Origin: Haplodiscus bocki
Lineage: Eukaryota
Length of the DNA: 64,000 bases
Assembly: GCA_965655095.1 (NCBI GenBank)
Contig: OZ296648.1
Coordinates: forward strand, 104,904,001-104,968,000
Direction of reading: 5' to 3'
Part shown: piece after piece, positions 1 to 13,250 of the stretch
Layout of the letters: every line of letters starts with the position of its first letter
Position numbering within the stretch: position 1 is the first letter of the stretch
The notes under the pieces: generated by a model
Told to the model about the DNA's origin: nothing
Databases searched by the model: none
Seen by the model: the letters and a program-made list of their open reading frames with translations, nothing else
Program-made: the position numbers and the translations under genes

Positions 1-644
1 CCAGGTAAGATGCGGGAGAATTGTTAGAGAGCCAGTGTTCGAGTGAGGGCAGTCAGAAACCAGAGAAGTCCGGCACTGACCTCCGTAAGGTCAAGGATGG
101 TACCATGTATTAAAAAAGTATCAATACATTAAAAAAGTGGGGAGAATTTATAACTTAAGTCATCATATTACAAAGTTCGACAGAAAGCAGAAATTGAGTT
201 GGTTCTATCATTAAGGCATGTCACAGACTTTGCCACCTGAAGGTCTGCCAGTTTAATGACAGCCCTCTTTCTGCTACGATAGCGCTCCTGGACGATTCGA
301 TAAAGGGCTACCGCCCTAAGTGATCTGCAACCTCAAAACGAATAGAACTGAAAAGGGCAAAGCTCATTTAGGTTATGTACCCTATGTTTCATTGCAACCT
401 ATCGGAAGACGGTTTGGCTGATTTTTCGCCATTCTGGTGACTTTACTTGCTGTGGGTATGGCTGCACCGGTGGTTGCAAAGACGAACTCATAGCAGATAT
501 TTTGAACACTGTCGATGCAATGCTCGTATTTAAGTGATGTATGCTTCGTTGATTTGCTTGGGGCACATTTCCGCTACTGGGACGAAAAATTTCACCTTGT
601 GTTTCAGCGTCCATTTGCTTTCGTCTAACTTGACCTACTCAGCC
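1..644 (-). pseudogene. Decayed ORF of unknown function, probably the distal part of the long minus-strand ORF that breaks off at 7413 (Gypsy-associated accessory ORF-D)
   Basis: The minus frame of ORF 399-614 continues past isolated stops: ...PQQVKSPEWRKISQTVFR*VAMKHRVHNLNELCPFQFYSF*GCRSLRAVALYRIVQERYRSRKRAVIKLADLQVAK..., then FLIHGTILDLTEVSAGLLWFLTALTR near 30-120. It is protein-like over ~200 codons with no recognised domain. Continuity with 7413+ is inferred. Confidence 0.5.
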
Positions 645-779
645 TAATTGTTGTGATAAACTTATTAAATAGTTTGAGATATTATGTGTGAGCTGACCGT
701 GGAGTAACTGGAGTGGATGTGGACATCACTTCTGGGCTAATCAACTACAATTGCCCATTTCAATATACATTGTCGGAAC

Positions 780-1560
780 ATGGCGACAGCTGGCTCCCGT
801 ATCCGCGTAAACTCTACATCTTCGGCAACGGATTACAAAAACAATTGCGGCATATGTAATTGAAAGGTGAACAAGGGTATTGCCTGTGACAAGTGCAATG
901 TGTGGTTTCATGGTCCCTGTGTCAACCTAACATCAGACCAACTATCAGTCCTGGAATCACTCAAGACCACCTGTTGGTACTGTGACTCTTGTTACGAAAC
1001 ACGAGCGGAATCCTTCGAGTTCGAGGAAAAAATCTGCTCCATACAGGAATCTCTCAACGATCTTAAAAACAAGGCATAAAAGCAGTGATCCCAAAAATGA
1101 CATTCAAAAGGAAAGTTTATCTCGAACCGATAAACATCGATACCAAGTAAAAATAGTCTGTGTACCTGAAAACAACTTGAGATTTTCAAATGATCGGAAA
1201 CTTCGAGACAAAGAAACTATAGAGGATAATGCTACTGAACTAAACCTTCATAACGTACAAGTCTCTGACTGCCACCGTAATGGTAAGTTTAATAATTCGA
1301 AACGCCGGCCTATCATTGCAACTTTTTCATCCATTTGGGACGCTAGACGAAAGGTCAGCAAAAGCATTGAAAGAAAGCTATTCCGAGAAAAAGGTATTCT
1401 AGTCCTAGCCCAGCCCTCACCAAGCGACCAGGAATTTGAGAGATCTCTTCTTGCCAAGAGATATACCCTTATCAATGATGGAACCGATAAATCACGTATC
1501 AAGGTTCGTAACCTCAAACTCTACCTTGATGGCAAAGAAATTGCGCATAGAGACAATTGA
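780..1560 (+). pseudogene. LINE ORF1: PHD zinc finger, coiled coil and C-terminal ORF1 domain
   Basis: ATG at 780. CGIC..(stop 861)..IACDKCNVWFHGPC...CWYCDSC is a C4HC3 PHD pattern. After a frameshift it reads VSDCHRNGKFNNSKRRPIIATFSSIWDAR...IKVRNLKLYLDG, typical of CR1/L2 ORF1 C-termini. Confidence 0.85.
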
Positions 1561-1569
1561 CTAGTACAA

Positions 1570-4380
1570 CCGCTCAAAATTGATATTTTACTATACAATG
1601 TGCGCAGCTTGTGTTCCTTTGAAAAACAAGTTAAACTTGCTAATCGACTAGCACTTCTTGATGCCGATGCTGCCTGTCTCACTGAAAACTGGCTTAACTC
1701 TTCAATCGGCGACTCCAATATTTTTTCAAGTAGTTATTCGACCTCGGCTAGGGTTGACAGAGCGACTGGTGAACATGGGGGATGACTTATCCTTACCAAG
1801 AAAACCAAATACACTGACCAGATTGATTCCACCGTAGATTTTGGTTTCGCCACGGAATTACACACCTGCTGCCAGGACCTGTTGCTTATCTGCATCTATA
1901 AACCCCCTTTCTTCAGTAAATTCCGTAGCGCGGCTGTCGAAATCATCAATTTTTTTTTCACAACTGATTAACCAGAACAGCAAGCTACCCACTGTTATTT
2001 GTGGCGATTTCAACATGCCCGATGCATATTAGGATACATACCATAGCCATTCACCAGACTCAGTTCAAATATTAAACTTTCTCATCAATCATGGGTTTGA
2101 ACAATTAGTTACACTGCCAACGCAAATTAATGGTATTTGTCTTGATCTAATAATTGTCAACTTATCTACTTGCCATATTTCTGAAGTTGGCAGCGGCATT
2201 ACTGATTTTTCTGATCACTTTCTGATCAGTTTTCAGTGCTATTTTGACAATAAAAAGACACATCTGTCCAATTGCAACCGCAAAGTCCACAACCCACCAG
2301 AATTTTATTCTTATCTTCCACTGGAACTTGCCTCATCGCTTTTCTCTTTAATTTCGCCCATTACCACTGAAAACTATGCTAATGACTGGCTTGAAAACTT
2401 TGCTCAGCTTCTATCATTGTATTACCGAAAGAAGCGCCAAAAACGTCAAAATGCCCCTTTCTATCATTCTTCCCACACCATGCACCTGCTAAAAGTCATC
2501 AACACTGCCAAACAACGCTGTGAGAAATATCCTTTGGCCTCAAACTTGAGGAAAATGAGCGCGATTACTCGCGGCGTCAATATTTCTATCGAACTTGACA
2601 CTGCCGTTTTTGTGGACTCCTTCACGAAACGTAATAGTGGAGTAAACGGCTGCTTCAAACTACAAAAAATACTCAAAAGCTTAAAAGTACCAAACGTCAT
2701 GATCCATAACGACGTGAAACTTCAGCAAAATGTTGACATCGTTGAGGCTTTCAACGCTTTCTTTGCCAGTGTCTTCAACCACAAAACATCAGCTTTCAGT
2801 GACTTCAGTGATAATGAGATTAATACTGTACAAATTACACAAAATGATTTTTTTGATGCGTTGTGTTTGTCTACTCCTGGGAAAGGTCATGACAGAATCA
2901 GTGGTGAATTCCTGAAAACGTGCTGTTGCGAACTCAGCTTTCATGTGTACAAGCTATTTCAAAGTTTTCTACATAGTGGTATCTACCCTGAAGAATGGAA
3001 AATCGCAAAAATCACCCCTGTATTCAAATCCGGTAAAAAGCAGGATGTAACATGTTATCGGCCCATTAGTCTACTTTCCAAACTCTCCCTCTCGATTGAA
3101 AGGTAATTTTTAAGAAACTGTACAAATTCATTGCCCCAAAATTGTCCACTCGGCAATTTGTATTTCTAAAGGGCCGAAGCACCATCACACAACTCCTACT
3201 CTTTCTCACTGAGGCCTACTATGCGAACAAGAAGAACAATGAACTGTATGCGTTCTATCTAGACTATGCAGAGGCCTTCGACACAGTGCCCCACCATCTG
3301 ATTACGAAACTCAGACACTTTAGAATTGGGTGTAATTTGCTCAAACTTATCCAAAGCTACCTGATCGGACAAAAACAAGTTGTTCAAATAAAAGGGACCA
3401 GCTCTACTCTCCGTGTAGTTATCAATGGGGTTTCGCAAGGCTCTACCTTGGGTCCTGTACTTTTCCTCGTTTTCATAGATAATTTGCCTAACAGCTGCTC
3501 TGAGTCCCTCATGTTCCTTTTTGCTGATGACTGCAAATCGATCAGCTCGGGTCTCCCTGCGCTAGAGCGTGACTTCAACGGTTGTCTTCGTTGGGCACAG
3601 GAAGACCTTATGATTTTCAATTTAAGCAAAACAAATTTTATCGCTTTTGGTAAGGGTTCTCCAGGACTATCGCTAAATATCGAAAATACTGCTATCCCTG
3701 CTTCCAATACTGTCAAAGACCTGGGTCTTACTATCAGCTCTAACCTGTCCTGGTCAAGCTATATCAAACTCAAAGTTAAATCTGCGTATTCAATCTTCTA
3801 CAACCTCAAGAGATCAATGCCGCCCAACACGCACTGGCACACGAAGATCACTTTGTTTAAATCCTACATTCCTTCTACAGTTTTATACGCCTCCGAAATT
3901 CGGTGCCCAAGTAAGAAAGATTTGACACGTCTAGAACTTTTACAATCTCGTGTGTTAAAATGGGCCTTCTCTGGATCCAACTACAAAGAACGCATATCGA
4001 AAGCTAAAATGCTGCCCATATCGTTGGAAATACAGCTCCGATCACTTATTCTCTTGAACAGAATACTAAACGGATTTTACAGCAACTTTCCTATTTTATG
4101 ACATATCTCCTTCACGACCCCAAATTTTGGTGCATACAACACCCAGTTATCTGAAAAGCTTATGTTCCATCTGCCGAAAGTCAAGAAGACACGAACGACC
4201 CACGATTTCTTCTACCGAGTGCCAAAACTTGTGAACTACTTCCATGCAAACACGAATCTGGACATATTCAAAAACCCCGCTAGTTTCAAATATACTGCTG
4301 CGGCCGAGTTCAGCAAATTATTTTTGTTAAATATCTTTAACCTCGATCAGCTGTGCATGTAAGTTTTAAATTCCCACTTA
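1570..4380 (+). pseudogene. LINE ORF2: apurinic-like endonuclease plus reverse transcriptase (disrupted)
   Basis: EN motifs LLYNVRSL, CLTENWL, DR..GEHGG, ICGDFN, LDLI, SDH. RT motifs WKIAKITPVFK, YRPISLL, LDYAEAFDTVPH, GVSQGSTLGPVLF, FADD, VKDLG. Split across ORFs 1600-2032, 2417-3106, 3142-4101 and 4162-4362. Confidence 0.93.
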
Positions 4381-4403
4381 CATTGCCTTCATAGCAATTC
4401 AAG

Positions 4404-4406
4404 TCT

Positions 4407-4441
<35 letters not shown>
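4404..4441 (+). repeat. (TC)n microsatellite, likely the 3' tail of the first LINE
   Basis: tctttctctttctctctc... immediately after the end of ORF2. CR1/L2 elements end in short tandem repeats. Confidence 0.85.
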
Positions 4442-4444
<3 letters not shown>

Positions 4445-4739
4445 CACCAAAGGATTGGTATTAAAGTTTCTAACGGCTGAATTTTCTGTTGTTGCAGTTC
4501 GACATCGTAGCAAAATTCGTGTTTTTGTACGTGCTGTAACACTCTGTATAGAGTTTCAGTTGCGATGGCGTCATCCTCATCGAGACACTAACTTGTTACT
4601 GGAGATAATTGGTAGTCTCTCGATGTATTTTCCATTAGCACTAAATTCAGCCGATATCCGAAGACGACTTCGACGTCTTTGGAGTGGATAGTTTCTCCAG
4701 CTGTATGAACGAAGTCATAAACCGGCAAAATTATGACAA

Positions 4740-7315
4740 CCAACATACTGCAATTTGATGTTGATTAACGCTCGCTCAGTTAAGAAACCCAACGCTGTTT
4801 TCCATTTATCCACTGATCTTGCTGCACACTCTATAGACTTGTGTTTTGTCACGGAATCGTGGCTAAATTCTGATATCGACAATAATTTCATCTCAATTCC
4901 ATATTACAATCTCTTTCGCTGTGACAGATCCGCAAAAAAAATCAAAAAAGAACCATGGAGGTGGGGTATGTTCCTATGTTTGGAGCAATTTCCTATGTAC
5001 CCAGATACACGCTCAAGGCAATGAGCAATTCGAAGTATTTTGGTTACAAGTCGATATTATGAGTCTCTTTGCTCTTATTTGTGTTGTCTACTACCCAACC
5101 CTTTGCGATTATGACAAGGATCTGTGTGCATATTTGATTCAGGCTTACGAACTTCTCTGCATCGCAAAAAAAAACAAAAAATTACTGGCAGTTTATTTTG
5201 TGTGGTGATTTCAATGAGTTTTGCACCGACAATGTCATTGCTGAGTGCAACTTGACGCAGATCAATTTTGAACCCTCACATAACAATAAAGTTCTCGACA
5301 AATTTTTAGTTTTTTGCCCATGGAATATATTGACAGTTCAAACCGTTATTCCGATTGTTTCAACAGACCACGATTCAGTATTATAATCTTTGCAGATTCC
5401 CACGAATGGAAAAAAGTCTTCTATTTCAGAGACCAACGTGAAAGTTGCCGCCAAATGTGCTACAAACTTCTTCGTGATGCGAATTATAACTGTGTGTACG
5501 GATCGGATACCAACGAAGCTCTGTGTCAACTAAATTCTATTATGTATTCCGCATTTCACACCTCCTGTTCAACTCGCCAAATGACTGTCCGTGATCGAGA
5601 TCCGATCCACGTTACCCCTGCCGGCAAACTGCTAATAAAACGGCGAAACAAACAATTACGCAAACAAAATCCAGCTAAAGTTAAAGACTTGAACGAGCGT
5701 ATTCGAAAACTTGTTCAGAAGAACTGCCGAAATCTCGATAAAGTTGGTTCCCGCAACTGGTGGACACATATCAATAGTCTTTCGAAAGATAAACAACCTG
5801 CTTCGCCTGTCAACGTTGATGTGAATACCCTTAATCGGTATTTCAATTCGTTTTCAAATGACCCTAACGGCCCGCCACAATTAGAGAAAATTGAATTTCC
5901 AACAGGGGAAATCCCCTGTTTTTACCCTCTACAGGTTTATCATTATCTAAAGAAACAAAAACAGACGTCACACGAATCTAGTGGTCTTCCCTTTTGAATA
6001 TTTACTTACGCAGCTGAAATTTTAGCAGAACTCATTTGCTCGTTGTTTAATCTTATCTTCTTCTCACACATTGTCCCTGAATTTTTCAAGATATCTAATA
6101 TCAGACCTATTCCAAAAGTCACTCGACCAACACTTCCGGATCATTTTCGACCAATCGCAGTCACTCCAATATTATCGAGGTTATTTGAACGCATGCTATA
6201 CGATAAATACAAAAAGAAGCCCTATAACACGTACCTTTGCTCAAAACAATTTGGTTTTCGACAGAGTAGTTCAACTTGCAGCGCCCTTATTAACCTACTT
6301 CGTGACGTGTATTCTCTGCTTAAAAAAGTGCAACTATATTTGACTTATCACACTGGACATGTCAAAGGCCTTCGACACTATTCAACATTTGCAAATCTTC
6401 AAAGAAACCTCCCGTTGTGCACCTCTGCTTAACGAATATGTGGTGGACGTTTTAAAGTGTTTTCTAACTTCTCGCAGTCATTATACATCATTGGGTTCCA
6501 GTTTTTCGCCGCCGGCTTCAACTAATCTTGGTGTTCCCCGGGGGACAATAACGCGTCGTATTTTCTTCAATTATGCCGTCAACGGCACCTTCCGATGCGA
6601 ATTTTTAATTTCACCTAGTACAAGAATCACAGTATATGCTGATGATAACACTCCTTTGATAGGCGGCACTTATACAGGCGGAGACAACGCACTCGATATT
6701 GTACATAAATTTGGTGACCACCTCTGCTCCAAGAACCTCTCTTTCAACGCTGACAAAAACTACAAAATGCTATTGAATTTTGGTCGACATGACGTTCCAC
6801 TTATCTCTGGCATCGACAGAAAGTTTTCTGTTATATCACTTGGCATCTTATTCGAAGAAAAGCTGAGTTTTAATGATCATGTGAAATGCATCACAAAACG
6901 AGCCACTGCCAAGTTGTACGTTGTTTTTCGGTTAAGGAGAAATGGGTTCTCTATTTGTGAACTAACACTTCTTTATAAGGCTCTGGTTTTACCCACACTT
7001 ACGTATTGCTGCTCAGTTTGGGGCGGAACATCTGGTGAGAACCTCCGGAAGATTGACAGAGTTCAGTCTAAAGCAGTTCGTCTTGGGATCATCAACGATT
7101 ACACTCCCATAAAAGACGTCATTCGTATCTCCGAGGAAAAAATATACAAACAGATCCTTGACCAAAGGGAGAACCATGTCCTCCACGAAGTACTGCCAAA
7201 AAGAGCCACAGGAACGTCTGGTTTACGAGAAAAAAGACCACCAGTTGATGCAACCAAATTTGAACACGAACTAAGACTAGTTCCCTCTCGTATACTGCGT
7301 TCTTATCAGATATAA
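4740..7315 (+). pseudogene. LINE endonuclease plus reverse transcriptase (frameshifted)
   Basis: LINARSV, FVTESWL, RCDR..HGGGV, VVYYP, CGDFN, LDKF, STDH; then IRPIPK, FRPIAVTPILSRLFER, QFGFR, LDMSKAFD, GVPRGT, YADD, LGILF, LYKALVLPTLTYCCSVW. Confidence 0.93.
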
Positions 7316-7368
7316 TGTTTATGTTTCCTAGTGAAAATGGATGCTCTATGTGTTTTTGAAAAAAAGCT

Positions 7369-7412
7369 TTTCTTCTTCTTTCTTCTTCTTCTTCTTCTTC
7401 TTCTTCTTCTTT
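7369..7412 (+). repeat. (TTC)n microsatellite, likely the 3' tail of the second LINE
   Basis: About 14 TTC units, ~55 bp after the RT stop codon at 7315. Confidence 0.85.
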
Positions 7413-10400
7413 TTCGGGAGGCAGGACTGTGCTTTTTTAGTTTCTGTGTGCAGCTGGACCAACACGTTGATCGTTCCGATGCTCTCGTCAGCATAGCAAT
7501 TTTGTACATTCTTATCGCTCTTCACCGGAGTCAAAAAGGGTAAAAATGGCATATCATCCAGCGAATTTCCAAAAGGATACCTGTCATAAAGTGAGCACCT
7601 TCTTTCAGTGTTTTGTTCCCTTCTGCTAGCACGGTTTTCATGATCCCTGTTTTATTTCAAATGCAAAACAATTCTTATGATGAGCGGTCCAGATGTTTGG
7701 CTTGCTACTGTTCAGCAATGAAACAGTTTTCGTCAGGGACTCAAAAACGGTTAGTTTGCCAACGAAGACAACTGAACTTTCCGGTTTGCAAATCTGTTAT
7801 GGTGCAAAAAATGAGTCAAACTATATCTTGGCCTATCTACTAATTGACTTTTTGCCAACGTATAAGACCAAGTAACGTATCTCAGTAACATACTTGTTTT
7901 ATTTTGAAAGCCAGTTTGACTAAATGAAACGACTGAGTCCTTGAAAAATTGAAGAGAAGAGTTGATTCTTTTCTTTTGTTCATTGAGAAAGATTTTATTG
8001 CTTAAGGTCAAAATTTACATGAAATGTAACACTACCACCGTGATTGTCTCTTCGCCAGCGGTAGTCGTCATTAATAAGAGAGAGCGGAAGAACGCGTTGA
8101 CTGCTGTTCAGTATCCCAATAAGGTCGTGTAGTGCATCTGATATAGCAGTGAGCAGGTAAAATCGTTTTCACGTCCAAATTTGTCGACATCAGAAGAGTT
8201 CCATGGAATCGTGTCAGTCGAAAATGCACTGGAATGCTCTTGGAAACTGTTGCGCCAGTCACATAGCCAAATGCATCCAACAATCAAAGTTTGTATAATC
8301 TATCGACTTTTTTTAAACCAGAGTGGGAACTGGAATTAATGCCTCCGGTTGAAGAGAACAGAAGATAAAAAGACTTCGAAAGTCTTGGGAGTAACAAACT
8401 TTTTTCCGTTTTCCAGGATGCAATTTTTCGATTTGCATGATTCTTAGCGTACTCGAGGCCGCAAGTTGGTATGCGAAAAGAGATACTTGAGCATTTGTTG
8501 ATCGGGCTCCTCTAACCGCTGTGGCGCTTTCGGAAAAACTGTTGCCGACGTTTTTCACCAGAGGGTAGCAGTTGACACTTCGGCTCCACCTTCAACGAAA
8601 CTCAGTGTAAATGATCGAACTTTCTTTGAATTTTCTTTGAAGTAATCGTTAGCGATAGCCAATGACATGTCACGGAGCCTCATTTGACTAACAGCTCAGC
8701 GAGGCGTCTTAGGACAATGTGACCTACACTGCAGGGACGTTTCATGATGATGGTGTTTATACCAATGATATAGGCAACGAACATAAAGTTGAAGCAGCAA
8801 GGACCCAATGAATGATGTGAAGCTCACAATCGTGGAAAGACGTATCGATAAATGGACCTCAAAACTACGGGAAAATGACGGGCTGAACTTTGTCATATTT
8901 GACGTAGTAGGTTGAGCGATATTGTTTTTTTCAGTTCTTCTAGTTCATTTAGTGTCTTCGTAGTTTTTTCGGATCGCGCAATTAAGGGCTATCTTAAAAA
9001 ACTTCCGGAGCTCGTTCACACAATGGTACCCACTGCTTCAGTCTTTGTCGAACAATAGGAAAAATCTTTTCTCGCAAGAAGTTCACTTCACAGTTTCTTT
9101 GCCGGGTCCGGGGTTTTCACATTCAACTTAATCGGCGGTATGGCTACACAAGTACTGAGGTCGGATCCAATTTTATTTTAATCCCTCCGCAGTTGCTTCA
9201 TACCATTAAGTGTAATAATAGAAACTCAGAACCCAGGAAATTTTTTAATCGCAGAAGACGTGGTCAATTCCGTATCGGATTCATAAATTGTTTTTGCAGT
9301 AGCCTCAGACATACTCAGTCGAACTCCATTGCCTAGTCTTTCTGCTTTTTCTGACAGCGGTACGACTACTTGATCTACCTCACGAATTTTTACGGAAGCC
9401 ACGCTACCTTTGAGAAAGCGTGCTGTTGAACAGGAATCATGACTTGTTTCTGTAGCAGTCACATAAAAGCAAATCCGATAATTTAACGATACAATACAAA
9501 TTGTAAAGTTATAGTCATTTAAAAATGCCGTTTCTCTAATCTTCTCTAAAATTCCAACGCTTTGCGTTTCCAGTTTCCATTTGACATTAAAATGCAGCTC
9601 CGATTGTGGGATAGTGCGAGCTGGCCGGCGAATTTACGTGAACGTTGAACCTTTCGTTGCTACAGGACATATAGTGCACATTACGAGTCCTCGATTGATC
9701 GTGATTACAACAAAAAAGAGTTTCGAGAAAAGAAAGCAAATGATCTATGGATCGCTAGTGCCAGTGATCGACGCCACCGTTCTGTTGCTACGTTTTCCGA
9801 AAGTGCAGAGAATGAGTCGTTTGAAACTAGTGACATCGAAAGATAAGTTACTAGGCGTCAATCAATTGAACGAATCATCTTTTTTCAAGCATAGAGACTG
9901 CTTCTGTATGTTTGATGTTAGCAAAAACGTTTGCAAAGGGTAAACATATTGTATCATAAGTGGAATTCATTTGCTGTCTTGAGAAAAGTAATTGGTCGTA
10001 ATCTCGTAAAAATTAAATATTTCGTTTGAGAAATTCAATTTTTTCATCATTTTTTTGTCCAGTTGCGTTCCTGCAAGTTGACCATCTCCGCTTCAACAAA
10101 TTTTAGTGCTGGTAGTTCTGCCGTGACCGGAAAATTTTGATCCTGGAATTCCATACTTTGTTTATATACATCTTGCGGTAGATTCTCCTTGAAATCAGCA
10201 ATTTGGTATTTCCCGCTGCATTTTGTTTTGAGCAATCTTGGCTCGACTAAAAATTGCTTATTAGACCACAACTAACGCCACCTAATACTATACTATTAGT
10301 GAACCAAAAAACCAACTGACTCGAGCGTCACTACTGCAAGTGGTGCTGCATTGTGCTTTTGTCTGGTTCCCGAAGTGGGTGTATTTTCTTCAAAAATCAA

Positions 10401-10508
10401 GAAGGAGGGAGCCTAAATGCTGAGATCATCAGGCTCTTGCTCGGAGAGACGAGTTTCGTTCTCCACTTGATGTAGCAGCCAATCGTTGTCAAATGTGGCT
10501 TGGTTCAT
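7413..10508 (-). pseudogene. Long decayed ORF of unknown function downstream of Gypsy pol (accessory ORF-D, proximal part)
   Basis: A chain of minus-strand protein-like fragments from ATG 10508 (MNQATFDNDWLLHQVENE...) through 10047-10271, 9226-9462, ~8800 (YYVKYDKVQPVIFP*F*GPFIDTSFHDCELHIIHWVL), 8313-8558, 8071-8283 and 7751-8011 to MPFLPFLTP...KAQSCLP, where the LINE tail cuts it. No domain recognised. Confidence 0.5.
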
Positions 10509-10749
10509 TTAAGAGTTCGTCGAAAACGCTAAGTCTCACTGCCAGCTCGGATGGCGCCAAAAAATGACCGGTCTTTTGGCGTAGATGCATTGTTGGATAT
10601 TCACGTTCTTGTCACTTTTTAGAAAAAGTACGAAAAAAACAATGTTGTTGAACTTTTCCAGTAAATACTTCATAATGTGATTGAAGGTTATCCCGTTTGT
10701 TAGGACCACGCCAGGGGATTTTCTGGTTTGATGTCAGATGTTCATCTTT

Positions 10750-11696
10750 TCTGTACTGCATTGCCAGATCCCAGAGGGAATGAAAAAATTGAAGGAGAAA
10801 AAGGGCGCTGCCAAAGAGTTTTCAGAAAAACAAGGCAGCACCGAAAAACGACCTAGCTATCAAAGATCTAGCGTAGTTTTTGGGTTGGCGAGATAAAATT
10901 TCTGGTCGTTGAAGGCTTGTTGTGCGTGGTTTTGTTCGATTATGCTTTTTATCCGGTTTCTTGTTGCTACGAAAATGCTTATAAAATTTTAATAAAACTT
11001 CCTAAGCGTTATGAATCTCGTGCATAGATGTGTTTCAAAATGTTCGTCCACCGGAGAAAGAATTCCCCATCCCTTGACAGAAACTGCTTTCAGAAAAGCG
11101 AGCATCAATTCTGTGGTGGAAGTTTGCTGTCCAGCTGCGGCCAGTCCTCGGGATATGCAAAACAAAGCATGGTTGATGTTAATTTTGGTCTTGTTTCTGA
11201 ATGTTTTCTTCTTAGCATCGGAGAATTTTCATTGATGCGGAAATGTTGCAACATTACAGAAATTAAATCACTATACTGTCGTAGTTTTTTGGGAGACGGA
11301 GCTTGAATCGTGGCGCGGTTCCAGCCGAGTATGAGGAAAAGAACCGTTTTAAGCACCTAACAGGCTTCACATTCTGCCTCAGGAGATCAGATACTTGTTT
11401 GGAAGCCTCCATTATCTCCATCAACTTGTGAAGATTTACTTCACTCCAAAATGATCGTTGCTGTGACTGTAGAAACAAAGAAGAGAAGTAGTCGCTGCAG
11501 GACCGAAACAGGATGAGTAAAATATTTCATTACTGTTTTTTCTTTGGCGTTGTATTGTAGCTCCGTTTCTTGATTTTTGCACCCTGATTGGATTTGAATT
11601 TTTTCTGAGAACGTGTGTAATAATCTTGGTCCTTATGATAGACTGTGGAACTTTTTGCAAGCAATCTCAGACTGAATTTTTTCTTTTAGACGCCAT
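10750..11696 (-). pseudogene. Decayed ORF of unknown function (accessory ORF-C)
   Basis: ATG 11696 gives MASKRKKFSLRLLAKSSTVYHKDQDYY...; it continues via 11263-11478 and ...SWTANFHHRIDARFLKAV... with stops and frameshifts. Confidence 0.4.
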
Positions 11697-12789
11697 GGGA
11701 TCAGATTGATGGGGTGAGGTGCTAGAAACCTGAATTTGGAACGGAAATTTAGAGCAAAAGATTATCGAAACTGAGCTGGAGACATGTGCCATCTGTTGAT
11801 GGGACAAAATGTTGCACGTGCGAGCAATTCAGCTGCAGAAGGAATGAATTGGTTGTAAAAACTGGGCTGGTAGATGATTGATTGTATATGCCATATGTTT
11901 GTAAGTTTAAAGAAAAGTTGAAGATGGATGCTAAAATTTGTCAAATTTGAGTTCAGTAGATTCAAGGCTGTAGTTCGAACTGAAGCTGAAACTGAAGTCA
12001 AAAATTCTAAAAAACAGCCCTACGGGGGTATCACAAACCATGATCATAAGGATTGTCTTACATAACTTTCCTCGAAAGAGATTCAAGGTTTTAGAAAAGC
12101 CTTCATGACAGATTCTTCATCACCACTGTTTCAACGAAGCTTATGAGCGCACACAGTCACACCCTCGTCTAATTGACCTGCTCTGGTTATTGGTTTTCAT
12201 GAAAAATAGAACAATGAGAAAACGAGGCAGCAAGCGCTGTAATATTTTGTCAGTTGGTTGGACAAGACTAAATTGAAAATACGATTGGACAGTGCATCTG
12301 ACAATAAAGTGCCACGGATGTTGAAAGGTTGCACCAAAGAAAACAGGGCTCTGCTCGAATAACTGGCATAATCGCAATACGATCACAAACCAAGCAAAAA
12401 GAAGCTACGTTATTTTTGTGTGTTTATCATGAAAAGGCGCCAAAAGAACCTGCAGTGTCTGCTGTGTGTCGTTTCAGAATAAATTTCCACCAAAGAATTG
12501 AGAAATGGAATGAATGCTCTGCAGAGCACAAAGTATTTCTTCGTAAGTTTTGGTAATTTCTGATTCCATTAGGTTAACCCCAAGTAAAAGCTTCAATCTA
12601 AAGCAAAAATTGCACGGTTAAAAGTCAAAATATAACAAACTTGCTAGAAAAGTAAAAATCGAACATGTTCAATGACAATCAATAATAAGTTACAAAATGT
12701 ATCAGTATGTGTCATTCCTTAGGCACTGCACCTTATGATGGGTTGAATTCACAATTAGCAGATATGCTTGCGTTTGCCAAGTATGTAGT

Positions 12790-13250
12790 CATCAGTTGAT
12801 GTCTAAATGGTCGATGTTTTGTTTTTCAGAAAACCCGTTAGACCGTATGTTCCACATATCAAGAAAAATGGTCGCTTTTTCCACATGAATGAAAATTTGA
12901 CCAAAGCAAAACGCTTTGAAAAGACAGGTAAAAGGAAGCGTAAAGGCTCGTAGTGTGAGCGTTTTTCGATCTTCTGAGGAAAACATAGTCCGTCTAAAAA
13001 GCTAGATTTTTCATGCTGCAGCATTTTTTAGTCGCAAAAGTAGCTTTGGAAAAACAGCCGTGTTTCCCCAGTAGAATTGGGACGACGTCAAATGTGCCAC
13101 CAGCCCAAAAAACAACGATTTGTGCAAGCTGTATTCGTGGTCGACATTTGAAAAACAACAGCAGTTGCGAAAAACAGAGAAAAAAATCAACACTCTACGC
13201 GGGGTGTTCCTCTCCAGCTGAGGTGGGCGCAGAAAAAAACCTTCCTGACT
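12790..13250 (-). pseudogene. Possible decayed ORF (accessory ORF-B)
   Basis: ORFs 13011-13193 and 12792-12986 are in the same frame, separated by two stops (...YSLHKSLFFGLVAHLTSSQFYWG...LFKAFCFGQIFIHVEKATIFLDM...). Confidence 0.3.

Larger units (their letters stand above)
645..4441 (+). mobile_element. Non-LTR retrotransposon (CR1/L2 group LINE), near full length, inactivated
   Basis: ORF1 with a PHD finger, ORF2 with APE endonuclease and RT, and a 3' (TC)n tail. Several stops and frameshifts. The 5' end is placed where the flanking minus-strand ORF resumes. Confidence 0.92.
4442..7412 (+). mobile_element. Second non-LTR retrotransposon (L2/CR1 group, a different family), EN+RT with no visible ORF1, inactivated
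   Basis: Begins directly after the (TC)n tract and ends in a (TTC)n tail. Its EN+RT protein is clearly divergent from that of the first LINE. Confidence 0.9.

Noticed and set aside
7306-7552. Poly-K/R/L ORFs
   Set aside because: The runs come from the (TTC)n tract. Only the non-repetitive MPFLPF... part is treated as an ORF-D remnant.
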